This document shows, piece after piece, positions 19,538 through 28,240 of a stretch of 64,000 nucleotides of DNA; position 1 is the stretch's first letter, and every line of letters begins with the position of its first letter. The notes beneath the pieces were generated by a model. It searched no databases. It worked only from the letters and a program-made list of their open reading frames with translations, and had not been told where the DNA came from. This DNA comes from an uncultured Eubacteriales bacterium. GTDB lineage: Bacteria > Bacillota > Clostridia > TANB77 > CAG-508. A program made the translations under genes and the position numbers. The stretch is from contig CASEIX010000021.1 in assembly GCA_949288095.1 (NCBI GenBank), positions 1,120 through 65,119 of the forward strand. Direction: 5' to 3'.

Positions 19538-19782
19538 TTTTTAAAATTTTAGAAGAGAATATAGAAGATTTTATAGAAGACTCTAAAAAGAAAGAATATG
19601 TAGTTTATTACAGTGTAAATATGACAAATGAAAGATATAATAAACATTTATTTACTAAAAAGCAATTGTTGAAATTCATAAAAGAACACGAATTATACAA
19701 GATAGAAGTTTTTAAAATAAAAGACGAAATCAAAATAAACAAAAATATTGAGATTGAGGAGGTTGTCAATGAAAAAGACTAA
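19534..19782 (+). CDS. hypothetical protein
   Basis: ATGA overlap with rusA. Confidence 0.45.
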   Translation: MIFKILEENIEDFIEDSKKKEYVVYYSVNMTNERYNKHLFTKKQLLKFIKEHELYKIEVFKIKDEIKINKNIEIEEVVNEKD

Positions 19783-19987
19783 ATATTATGACAAAAACGT
19801 TTACAAAACAGAAAAGAAAATAAAAACAGCATTTATAATACTAGTTATGTTTCTAGCAGGAATATATATAGGATTAGCAATAAATTATTTAGAATTACAG
19901 AATAAAGAGCGAGAGATAAGAGAATATCAAGTAGAGATAGATAGTTTGAAAGAAACAATTTATATAATAGAAACGGAGGAAAAATAG
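19769..19987 (+). CDS. small membrane protein
   Basis: Start moved to ATG 19769 behind GGAGG; TM AFIILVMFLAGIYIGLAINYL. Confidence 0.45.
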   Translation: MKKTKYYDKNVYKTEKKIKTAFIILVMFLAGIYIGLAINYLELQNKEREIREYQVEIDSLKETIYIIETEEK

Positions 19988-19989
19988 AT

Positions 19990-21105
19990 ATGTTTGAATT
20001 TTTTGAAGGATTAATAGAAAAGTTAGGAGTTAGATTAGTTAGTGATTTTAGTGAAAAATTAATAGATTTTATAAGAGATGTAAAACAAAATAGCAATAAT
20101 GAAAATAATGACAACGGTAGATACAGGGCACAAATAGGTTCAAGTGGAGACAATGCACAAATAGGTTCAAGTGGAGACAGGGCACAAATAGGTTCAAGTG
20201 GATACAGTGCACAAATAGGTTCAAGTGGAGACTGGGCACAAATAGGTTCAAGTGGAGATTGGGCACAAATAGGTTCAAGTGGAAACAGTGCACAAATAGG
20301 TTCAAGTGGAGACAGGGCACAAATAGGTTCAAGTGGAGATTGGGCACAAATAGGTTCAAGTGGATACAGGGCACAAATAGGTTCAAGTGGAGACAGGGCA
20401 CAAATAGGTTCAAGTGGATACAGTGCACAAATAGGTTCAAGTGGAGACTGGGCACAAATAGATATCAATGGAAACAGTTCTGTAGGATTTGCTTGTGGTT
20501 ATAGATCTATAATAAAAGCTAAAAAAGGAACATGGATTTCATTATGTGAATATGAGAAAGACGAGAATAATAATTACATACCAAGTTTTGCTATATCGGC
20601 TCAAATAGGAAACAAAGATTACAAGGATTTCAGAGGAAGAATATTGAAAGAAACAGAATATTACACATTACACAACAAACAACTTTATCCAGTTGATATT
20701 TCAGATGACATTAAAACTATAAAAATATCAGAAAAGAAGAGAGAAGAAATAACAATAATAAAAGCATTAGATTTATATAATACAAATGAAGAAGTTTATA
20801 TAGTAAAAGAGAAAGACTTATCAGCACACGGAGAGACATTAAAAGAAGCGATGGATGATTTGATATACAAGAAAACACAAAATGAAGAAATAGAAAATAT
20901 AGTAGCAGAAATTAAGAAAACGGGAAAAGTAAATAGAGCACAATATAGAGCAATAACAGGAGCATGTCAATATGGAACAAATAAATTTTGTGAAGAACAT
21001 AATATACAAGACTTAGAAGAAATTAGCTTAAAAGAATTAAGAAAAATATTAATAAATGATTATGGGGCAGAAAAGTTTTGGAATTTAGTAGATAAAGAGG
21101 TGTAA
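19990..21105 (+). CDS. repeat protein with twelve AQIGSSGxx nonapeptides plus a C-terminal globular domain
   Basis: 371-aa ORF containing the 27-bp tandem array. Confidence 0.6.
   Translation: MFEFFEGLIEKLGVRLVSDFSEKLIDFIRDVKQNSNNENNDNGRYRAQIGSSGDNAQIGSSGDRAQIGSSGYSAQIGSSGDWAQIGSSGDWAQIGSSGNSAQIGSSGDRAQIGSSGDWAQIGSSGYRAQIGSSGDRAQIGSSGYSAQIGSSGDWAQIDINGNSSVGFACGYRSIIKAKKGTWISLCEYEKDENNNYIPSFAISAQIGNKDYKDFRGRILKETEYYTLHNKQLYPVDISDDIKTIKISEKKREEITIIKALDLYNTNEEVYIVKEKDLSAHGETLKEAMDDLIYKKTQNEEIENIVAEIKKTGKVNRAQYRAITGACQYGTNKFCEEHNIQDLEEISLKELRKILINDYGAEKFWNLVDKEV
20128..20478 (+). repeat. 27-bp tandem repeat, 12 units plus 1 degenerate, in-frame in CDS 19990..21105
   Basis: The first 21 nt (gcacaaataggttcaagtgga) are identical in all 12 units; all variation lies in the last 6 nt (dipeptides DN, DR, YS, DW, DW, NS, DR, DW, YR, DR, YS, DW). 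Confidence 0.95.
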
Positions 21106-21108
21106 AGA

Positions 21109-21696
21109 ATGAGCAATATAGAAGAAGATATAGAGAAAACAAAACAACTAAATAATTTATTAAAATTTTTTAGGACACACGGATGGATTCCAGATATGTC
21201 TAAAGAAATAAATACAAATGGAACAATAGAAGCAATAGAACATATCTTATCAGAACGAGAACAAGACAAAAAGAGAATAAAAGAATTAGAAGAAGAAAGA
21301 CAACTAGTAGGGATGCCAGTAAAAAATAAAAGAGATGGAAGAATAGGAGTAGTATTACATCAATGGGAAAGTGGAAGTGTGGCAGTATTAGAAAATATAA
21401 ATCCACGAATAATAAATACTCACGACAATTGGAGTACATTAGAAATATTAACAGATGAAGTAAAACAAACTCAAACAAAATGTGACAGCATACCAGTTCA
21501 AAAAGTAAAAGATAAGATAGAAGAATATTTTGAAGATGAAGAATGGTTAATTGAACACGATTTAAAGGCATTATGTGATGATGAAAAAGAATGTAGAGAA
21601 TATTATATAAATAAAAAAATTGCATTAAAAGATATAAAAAAGAATATTTTAGATAAACTTAATAAATTATTGTCCAATGTGTCGGACGAAAACTAG
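21109..21696 (+). CDS. hypothetical protein
   Basis: 195-aa ORF. Confidence 0.5.
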   Translation: MSNIEEDIEKTKQLNNLLKFFRTHGWIPDMSKEINTNGTIEAIEHILSEREQDKKRIKELEEERQLVGMPVKNKRDGRIGVVLHQWESGSVAVLENINPRIINTHDNWSTLEILTDEVKQTQTKCDSIPVQKVKDKIEEYFEDEEWLIEHDLKALCDDEKECREYYINKKIALKDIKKNILDKLNKLLSNVSDEN

Positions 21697-21725
21697 CCGA
21701 AGATGGACGAAAAGGAAGTGATTAA

Positions 21726-22415
21726 ATGACAAAAGAACAAGAAGAAGCAATAGATTATGTGCAAAAGCAAATAGATTATTTCAAAAAACAAATTAAATTT
21801 ATAGAAGCAGTAGACAGAACTTATTATGAAGCAGAATACAAATTATATAAAAACAGAGTAAAACAATTCGAAACAGTATTATCTATGCTAAAAGAAAAAG
21901 ATAAAGAGATAGAATTTCAAAAAGATATAAGAAACACAGAAAAAAATAGACACAAAAAGACAGAAAAGAGCTTAAAAGGAATGATAAATAAACAAAACAC
22001 AGAGCTTGCAGAGAAGAATGCAGAGATAGAAAAGAAAGATAAAAAACTAGAAATACTGGAACAGCAATATGAAAATATAAAAAATGATTTTGATAGCCAT
22101 AAAAATAATAAAGATATTAATTATTTAGATGGAATACATCATAAAAAACTAGTAGAAAAATCAATAGGACAAATAATAAAAAAACCAGAGGAATGTTATT
22201 TTGACATTTTCGAAGTTAAAGTTATTAGAAACAACATTTTATATGGTGTTGCAATTAATGAAGATTTTGTATCATTAAAGCAAATTTCTGATGAAAGTCC
22301 AGAAGAATGTATAACAGTTATAGCAGAAAGTCCATTATCAGGTGCTATATACAGATATAATAATTATGGAAATAAGGAATGGCAACTTATAGGTACAATG
22401 CTAGGATATGCATAA
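21726..22415 (+). CDS. hypothetical coiled-coil protein
   Basis: 229-aa ORF. Confidence 0.5.
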   Translation: MTKEQEEAIDYVQKQIDYFKKQIKFIEAVDRTYYEAEYKLYKNRVKQFETVLSMLKEKDKEIEFQKDIRNTEKNRHKKTEKSLKGMINKQNTELAEKNAEIEKKDKKLEILEQQYENIKNDFDSHKNNKDINYLDGIHHKKLVEKSIGQIIKKPEECYFDIFEVKVIRNNILYGVAINEDFVSLKQISDESPEECITVIAESPLSGAIYRYNNYGNKEWQLIGTMLGYA

Positions 22416-22486
22416 AACAATATTTTGAAAGAAAAGCGACAAATAACGCTTAAGAGCGACAAAATTGTCGCAGAAAGGAAGGAAAA

Positions 22487-22864
22487 ATGTTAAGAATACC
22501 AGAGCATAACAAAATAACAGGAGAAAAAGTAGATTTAAATATATTTATAGAACAGTACGGATTCAAACCAGAATATGACAAAGAGACAGGAGAATTAATA
22601 GAATTATATAGAATTAATGGTTTTTATTTAGGAGAAAGAACGAGAAGAAGAAAGAGTACAATTATCAGCAAACAACAAAACAATGATAATTGCTGGAAAT
22701 ATAACGGAGACATGAAAAATTATTGGTTTATAGAACCTATTTCAAGATTATTTAAATGTAAAAAGCATTATGGAAATTGTCATATTTTATCTTTAGATGA
22801 AGATGATTACGAAATATTATACAACCTAATTCAAGCAGGATTAGTCGAGAAAGTAGAGGGATAA
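22487..22864 (+). CDS. hypothetical protein
   Basis: AAGGAAGGA RBS; 125 aa. Confidence 0.5.
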   Translation: MLRIPEHNKITGEKVDLNIFIEQYGFKPEYDKETGELIELYRINGFYLGERTRRRKSTIISKQQNNDNCWKYNGDMKNYWFIEPISRLFKCKKHYGNCHILSLDEDDYEILYNLIQAGLVEKVEG

Positions 22865-22866
22865 AG

Positions 22867-23049
22867 ATGAGCATAGAAAGATATGGAAATAAATATGAAT
22901 TACAATGTGATTTTTGTAGCAATAGTATAGATGACTTCATGGATTTTCAAGAAGCAGTAGATTATAAAAAGGCAAATGGTTGGAGAAGCAAAAACATAAA
23001 TGGAGAATGGCTTGATAAATGTCCAGATTGTTTAGAGGAAGGAGAATAA
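22867..23049 (+). CDS. small zinc-ribbon-like protein
   Basis: CDFC ... CPDC pairs. Confidence 0.45.
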   Translation: MSIERYGNKYELQCDFCSNSIDDFMDFQEAVDYKKANGWRSKNINGEWLDKCPDCLEEGE

Positions 23050-23055
23050 AGATAA

Positions 23056-23307
23056 ATGATAAAGTATGGAATATATACAGAAATAGAATTTGATGGAGAT
23101 GTAGGTGTAGGTCTAAGAGCAGATGGAGCGATAGGATTTCAAAATATAGAGAAAGCTGAAATAGGAACAGTACCAGAAGAAAGTAATAATATTTATCCAA
23201 TAATTTTTGAATTTAAGAATCCAAAGAGTATAGATATTTTAATAAAGCAATTAAACAGAGCAAAAGAAATAATAGAAGAGCGAGGAAAGGAAAATAAAAA
23301 TGAGTAG
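23056..23307 (+). CDS. hypothetical protein
   Basis: 83-aa ORF. Confidence 0.45.
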   Translation: MIKYGIYTEIEFDGDVGVGLRADGAIGFQNIEKAEIGTVPEESNNIYPIIFEFKNPKSIDILIKQLNRAKEIIEERGKENKNE

Positions 23308-23425
23308 ATATGCAAATGAGTATAAAGATTATTGGTATGATGAGATAAATAAGGCAATAGAAGAAATTGGATTATCAGGTGTAATGGAAGTAATAGCAGA
23401 TATCTTAAAAGATAAGGAGGACTAG
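23300..23425 (+). CDS. small hypothetical protein (41 aa)
   Basis: Overlaps the upstream stop; fills the gap to the next gene. Confidence 0.3.
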   Translation: MSRYANEYKDYWYDEINKAIEEIGLSGVMEVIADILKDKED

Positions 23426-23428
23426 TTA

Positions 23429-23678
23429 ATGGATACAGAAGTAAAAGAGATATTAAACAAATGTAATAATTGCAAATTAAAAGAATGTATACGGTTGTGA
23501 ATTTACATATACAGACATACAAAAAATAAAGAAGTATGTAGAAGAGTTAGAATCTATATTAGATAAAGTAACAGACAAACTAAAAGAATTAAGAGAAGAA
23601 CTAGATGACGATGGATTCGGTTATTATGCACAAGAAATTACGAATGTTTTAAATATTATAGAAGGAGAAAAGAAATAA
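23429..23678 (+). CDS. CxxC..CxxC small protein; frame changes +1 at in-frame CGG 23492-23494
   Basis: AAGGAGGA RBS. MDTEVKEILNKCNNCKLKECI-G-CEFTYTDIQKIKKYVEELE..; skipping C23492 restores the second CxxC pair; the stop overlaps the next ATG at 23678. Confidence 0.5.
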
Positions 23679-23863
23679 TGGGATTATTATTACATAAAAA
23701 GAAAAATAAAGAACTATACAATGTTTATTCTACAGTTATAGATGATTACTTATACAGATGGAGCGATAAGAAAGTAATTGCAACACATGTATATAGTATA
23801 TATCAAAAAGAAGCAAGAGAAAAAGCTAAAAGATTCATGCAAGAGGTAGATGAAGAAATTTAA
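23678..23863 (+). CDS. hypothetical protein
   Basis: 61-aa ORF. Confidence 0.45.
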   Translation: MGLLLHKKKNKELYNVYSTVIDDYLYRWSDKKVIATHVYSIYQKEAREKAKRFMQEVDEEI

Positions 23864-23879
23864 GAAAGAAGGTAGAAAA

Positions 23880-24230
23880 ATGAAAATAATAGAATTATTA
23901 AATAAAATAAATAATGGAGAAGAAGTACCAGAAAAAATAAAATTTGATAATACTGTATTTGAGCTTGAAGAAAACAAGAAAGAATATATTTTCCAACATG
24001 AAAACGGAGATTGTGAAACTTTGTTATATAGAGTAATGACTACACATTTTATTAATGTTTTGTTAGAAGCAGAAGTAGAAGTAATAGAAGAAAACAAAGA
24101 AATAGAAAAATTAGAAATATCAGATAGTGATAGAAAAGTAATGGCAACTTTTACATTAAATAATAGAGAAAAAATCAACGAATTAGTACGAGCAGTAAAC
24201 AAACTAAATAAAGAAAGAGAGGAAAAGTAA
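23880..24230 (+). CDS. hypothetical protein
   Basis: Start moved to ATG 23880 (MKIIELLNKI). Confidence 0.45.
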   Translation: MKIIELLNKINNGEEVPEKIKFDNTVFELEENKKEYIFQHENGDCETLLYRVMTTHFINVLLEAEVEVIEENKEIEKLEISDSDRKVMATFTLNNREKINELVRAVNKLNKEREEK

Positions 24231-24231
24231 T

Positions 24232-24423
24232 ATGGAAGACATAGTAAAAGAGATTGATTACAAAAAAGAATATGAAAGACTTAAAGAAGTAGAAAAAGAA
24301 AACAAAGAATTAAAAGAAACAATAATAAATATGTCAAAGTTTATGTTTTTAAGAGATAATGCGTTAACTGAAATAATTGTAAAGATAGAAAAAGAATTAA
24401 GGACAATATCAAGAAGAAAGTAA
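24232..24423 (+). CDS. hypothetical coiled-coil protein
   Basis: 63-aa ORF. Confidence 0.4.
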   Translation: MEDIVKEIDYKKEYERLKEVEKENKELKETIINMSKFMFLRDNALTEIIVKIEKELRTISRRK

Positions 24424-24433
24424 GTGATGAAAT

Positions 24434-24634
24434 ATGACACTAGAAGAAACACAAGACAAAGAAGACATATTAATATTAATGCTTATACAAGAAAGAGATA
24501 AGCAGATAGAGTTATTAGAATCAGAAAATGCAGATTTAAAGAAATTACTTATAGAAGTTTCGCAAGAGAAAAAGCATTTAGAAAAGGTTATAAAAGAATT
24601 GAAGAGTAAAAGGAACGGAGGTACAAATGAATAG
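24434..24634 (+). CDS. hypothetical coiled-coil protein
   Basis: 66-aa ORF. Confidence 0.4.
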   Translation: MTLEETQDKEDILILMLIQERDKQIELLESENADLKKLLIEVSQEKKHLEKVIKELKSKRNGGTNE

Positions 24635-25046
24635 AGAAGACCTTAAAAATTACAAATACAGTCAAAAGTGGATAAAAAGACAATTAGAGAAATACGAAGA
24701 ACAAAGAAGTATGGTTTTGAACATTTCTAAAACAATAGATGGTATGCCACACGCAAAAAATAAACCCAATTATAGTTTAGAAAATTTAATAGATAAATAT
24801 GATGAAATATTAGAAATATTAAAAAAAGACCAAGAAAAGCAAAATGAAATTTTAATGCAAATAAGAAAAATAGAAGAACCATACAGAACGATTCTAACTG
24901 ATAAATACATATTAAACATGACACTAGAAGAAACTGCAGTTGATATAGGCTATGCATATGAGAATACTTGCAGAATGCATGGAACAGCATTAAATAAATT
25001 TGATAATTTAGAAAACTCGTCAGTTGAAATCAAGACAAATCAGTAA
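24627..25046 (+). CDS. putative late-gene transcriptional activator (ArpU/RinA-like, sigma-70 region-4-like HTH)
   Basis: ILTDKYILNMTLEETAVDIGYAYENTCRMHGTALNKF; lies at the early-late boundary. Confidence 0.55.
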   Translation: MNREDLKNYKYSQKWIKRQLEKYEEQRSMVLNISKTIDGMPHAKNKPNYSLENLIDKYDEILEILKKDQEKQNEILMQIRKIEEPYRTILTDKYILNMTLEETAVDIGYAYENTCRMHGTALNKFDNLENSSVEIKTNQ

Positions 25047-25116
25047 AAAATGTTGTATTATGTAATTAGGTGCAAAGCACCTAAGACAAAGTCTAAAATC
25101 CAAGGGGGAATTTTGT

Positions 25117-25779
25117 GTGAAAGTAAAATGTTGGAATTGTGAAGAAATAATTGAAGTTAAAGAAAAGCAGACGGATAGATATTTTTGTGAAAAATGTTTA
25201 GAAAATCACAAATTAGAACACAAAGAATTAATTGAAAAATATACAAGTTTAAAAGATGAGGTTATGTATGAAAACGCATTAAGAATCATAGAAAAATCAA
25301 AATCAGACATTAATAAATACATCAAACCAGCAAAAAGTATTAAAAGGGCGATGAATCAACACATTGGAACTTTTAGAAGTGCTGACGAAATTGTTACGGC
25401 AATATTTTTAAGTGCAAATAAATTACCTTTTGAGCCTAATAAAAGAATAGGTAAATATATCACAGATTTTTATATTCCTGATTTAAAAGTGTGCTTAGAG
25501 GTAGATGGACATACTCATAATTATACAACTAAAAGAGACTGTGAAAGAGATATTACAATAAGAAATATATTAGGCAAAGAATGGGAAGTTGTAAGAGTGA
25601 AAACGAAATACATAGAAAAAAGTCCTGAAGATATAGTAGACTCAATAATAAATGAAAAAATAGTTTTACAAAATTTAAGATTACAAAATGCAGGAATAAT
25701 TCCTGAGAGTTATGCAAAAAGATATAAAGATTATTATGAGAGTATAGGAGAATATACAACCAAAAAATATTACATATAG
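25117..25779 (+). CDS. zinc-ribbon plus DUF559/Vsr-like endonuclease-domain protein
   Basis: GTG start behind AGGGGGA; CWNC..CEKC; C-terminal ITDFYIPDLKVCLEVDGHTHNYTTKRDCERDITIRNILGKEWEVVRV. Confidence 0.6.
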   Translation: MKVKCWNCEEIIEVKEKQTDRYFCEKCLENHKLEHKELIEKYTSLKDEVMYENALRIIEKSKSDINKYIKPAKSIKRAMNQHIGTFRSADEIVTAIFLSANKLPFEPNKRIGKYITDFYIPDLKVCLEVDGHTHNYTTKRDCERDITIRNILGKEWEVVRVKTKYIEKSPEDIVDSIINEKIVLQNLRLQNAGIIPESYAKRYKDYYESIGEYTTKKYYI

Positions 25780-25871
25780 TTATAAAGTCGCAGATAGAAA
25801 TATCTCATAAGTCCAAGCGACAAAAAGTTAAAAAGGATATCCCCTTTTATAAGTATTTTTTATTTTTCAAG

Positions 25872-25906
25872 AAGAGTAGATGTTAATATTAATGTCTGCT
25901 CTTTTT
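25872..25906 (+). terminator. rho-independent terminator
   Basis: aagagtagat / gtctgctctt stem (two G-U pairs) plus a T-run. Confidence 0.4.
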
Positions 25907-25928
25907 AGTTTAATTAGGAGGAGTAAAA

Positions 25929-26210
25929 ATGGAAGAAACAAAAAAAGAAGAAATAACAATGGAAATGACTATTGATTTAATGAATAGTGAAGATTATAGG
26001 GATAGATTTAAAGGAGAATATGCTCAAACACTAATAAGAGTTCGTAAATTAAATAATACACTAAATAAATATGATGAAGGCACATTAGGTTTTGAATTAG
26101 ATTCTCCAGTTTATTTATTAAGAAATCAGTCAGCATATATGCAAGCGTATTTAAAAACTATGGAAGAAAGAGCTGTATACGAAAACATAGATTTGAGTTT
26201 TATGGATTAG
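25929..26210 (+). CDS. hypothetical phage protein
   Basis: AGGAGGAG RBS; 93 aa. Confidence 0.5.
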   Translation: MEETKKEEITMEMTIDLMNSEDYRDRFKGEYAQTLIRVRKLNNTLNKYDEGTLGFELDSPVYLLRNQSAYMQAYLKTMEERAVYENIDLSFMD

Positions 26211-26376
26211 TTTTTAACAATTACTAACTATGTTCTATATAGTTAAAGAATTGTGAAATAAATTACCTATCTACCAAGATAGTAGAAAAGGATTCTGGAA
26301 ATGTACTATAAATGCAAGTGAACGTTGTCGTGATTGCTTGTAAATACTAGTTTATTATAGTGCAATTCCTGTATAT

Positions 26377-26450
26377 TTGAGAGTAGTGAAATGGTATCAC
26401 ACAACACTTTGACTGTTGTATTTTTAGTTCGAATCTAAACTCTCAAGCCA
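26377..26450 (+). tRNA. prophage-encoded tRNA-Gln (anticodon UUG), CCA encoded
   Basis: Manual cloverleaf: acceptor TTGAGAG/CTCTCAA, D arm GTGA-AATGGTA-TCAC, anticodon arm CAACA-CTTTGAC-TGTTG, T arm TTTAG-TTCGAAT-CTAAA, discriminator G, CCA. Confidence 0.75.
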
Positions 26451-26465
26451 AAGGAGAGATGAATT

Positions 26466-26591
26466 ATGAAAAGAAAATGGACTAAAGAAAGTGCAGAAAG
26501 ATATATAAAAACAGCAAAACAAAAAGGGTTAACATATTGGAGTGCAAAAGATTTTTTAAGAAATCATAGAACAATGCATTCTATTATTTAA
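26466..26591 (+). CDS. small hypothetical protein (41 aa)
   Basis: AAGGAGAG RBS directly after the tRNA. Confidence 0.35.
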   Translation: MKRKWTKESAERYIKTAKQKGLTYWSAKDFLRNHRTMHSII

Positions 26592-26601
26592 GGAGTAGCT
26601 T

Positions 26602-26808
26602 ATGAAAAACACATATGAAAGATTTTTAGAAGAGATATGTAGTAATTGTAAGGATAGAGAAAAGAAAAACTGTGAAATAAGAAAAAGAACAGATGGAACT
26701 TTGTATTGTGAGCCTTATGAAAGAGCAAGCAGACCTAAGAAAAAGAAGAAACAATATATTGAAATTACGGCAGAGCAGAGCAAGCCATTGATGAGGAGAT
26801 TAGTGTAA
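26602..26808 (+). CDS. small Cys-rich protein
   Basis: CSNCKDREKKNCEIRKRTDGTLYCEPYE. Confidence 0.45.
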   Translation: MKNTYERFLEEICSNCKDREKKNCEIRKRTDGTLYCEPYERASRPKKKKKQYIEITAEQSKPLMRRLV

Positions 26809-26830
26809 ATTTGAACATAGAAAAGAGGAA

Positions 26831-28052
26831 ATGAAATTGAAAAGCATAATCTTATACCACAACAATTTATTAAAATTTGGTGGTGTAGATACATTTGTCT
26901 ATAATTTCGTGAAAAAGATGTCAAAATTTTATGACATTCTTTTTTTATATACAATAGCAGACAAAGAAAATTTAGAAAGAGTTAAAAGATATGTAAAAGT
27001 AGAACAATATGATAGTGATAAAAAATATATATGTGATATTTGTATATGTGCATCTGCTTGGGGGATATATCCAGACACAGTAATAGCAAAGAGTGGAAGA
27101 TATATACAAATGGTCCATGCTGATTACATAAGAACTAAAGAAGTAGGTTTTACATATAGTAAGTGGCACAAGACAACAGAACACGTTGGAGTTAGTGGTT
27201 ATGTATGCAAAGTATTTGAAAAATTATATCCCAAAGAAAAAATAACAAGAATTTATAATATATTAGACAATAAAAAAGAAACAAAACCAATTTTAAAATT
27301 AATAAGTGCGACAAGAGTCAGTAAAGAAAAACGGATATGAACGAATGCTTAAGTTAGCACAAGAATTAAAAAAAGCAAATATAAAATTTAGGTGGACGAT
27401 ATTTACAGATTTAAATTTATATGGAAAGAAGCCATTTGATTTAGAAGAAATAGTATACATGAAACCAAGTCATGATTTTATGGATTATATAACTGAAGCA
27501 GATTATGGAGTACAATTAAGCGATACAGAAGGTTATAGTTATTTTATAAATGAATGCTTACAATATGGGACACCTGTAATTAGCACAGATTTTCCAAGCG
27601 TTTATGAAAGTGTAGAAGATGAAGTAAACGGATATATTTTAGATATGGGTTTAAAGAATCTAGATATAGATAAGATAGTTAATAATATTCCAAAAGATTT
27701 CACATATAAAGAAAAATGTACAGAAAAAGATTGGATTAAGTTATTAAATAAAAAAGCAGAAAGGAAGAATAAAAAAATGTATAAAGTAATTGCTAAACAA
27801 AATTACAAAGATAAAAGACCAGAGCTAATAGAAGAATACCAAAACAAGGACAAAGAAATAGAATACAATTCAGATGGAAGTCTAGCAATAAAAGAAGGAG
27901 ATATTTACATTGTCAATAATGCAAACAGAGCTGAAGAAATAAAAGAATCTGGATTAGCTACTGTAATAGAAATAAAGCAAGAAAAAGAAGAGAAAAACAA
28001 TAAGAACACAAAAACAATAACAAGAAAAACGAGAAAGAAAAAGGAGGAATAG
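26831..28052 (+). CDS. GT4-type (GT-B) glycosyltransferase with Lys/Glu-rich C-terminal extension; frame changes +1 at in-frame CGG 27332-27334
   Basis: Track ORFs 26831..27340 and 27306..28052. Skipping C27332 gives LISATRVSKEK-GYERMLKLAQELK, the RxSxEKG motif; downstream DTEGYSYFINECLQYGTPVISTD (E-x7-E region). Confidence 0.75.
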
Positions 28053-28055
28053 AAC

Positions 28056-28238
28056 ATGTCAGAACCAACAACTATTGACGTAAAAGTAAATAGAGAAGAA
28101 GTAGATGACACAATACAAGAATTAAAAGAAGCTTGTTACGATAAACCTAATATAACAATAAGAAATAATAATAATGTTTATGTAACAATAAATTATTTTA
28201 ATGAAACAGAAAAAGAATATCATAAAGAAGAGGAATAA
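28056..28238 (+). CDS. hypothetical protein
   Basis: AGGAGGA RBS; 60 aa. Confidence 0.4.
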   Translation: MSEPTTIDVKVNREEVDDTIQELKEACYDKPNITIRNNNNVYVTINYFNETEKEYHKEEE

Positions 28239-28240
28239 AT

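Noticed and set aside
20128-20478. CRISPR array or diversity-generating retroelement target
   Set aside because: The repeats are directly abutting with no spacers and are in frame in a protein, so this is not CRISPR. There is no reverse transcriptase, template repeat or adenine-specific mutation pattern anywhere in the window, so there is no DGR support.
19845-20504. Long antisense or alternative-frame ORFs (19845..20468, 20069..20455, 20259..20504) with their own repetitive translations
   Set aside because: They are reading-frame echoes of the 27-bp tandem array inside CDS 19990..21105. They have no RBS and lie on the opposite strand or frame to the surrounding operon.
26377-26450. Phage tRNA as the decoder responsible for the CGG anomaly or as a suppressor
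   Set aside because: It has a normal 7-nt anticodon loop with anticodon UUG (Gln), with no complementarity to CGG or CGGN.
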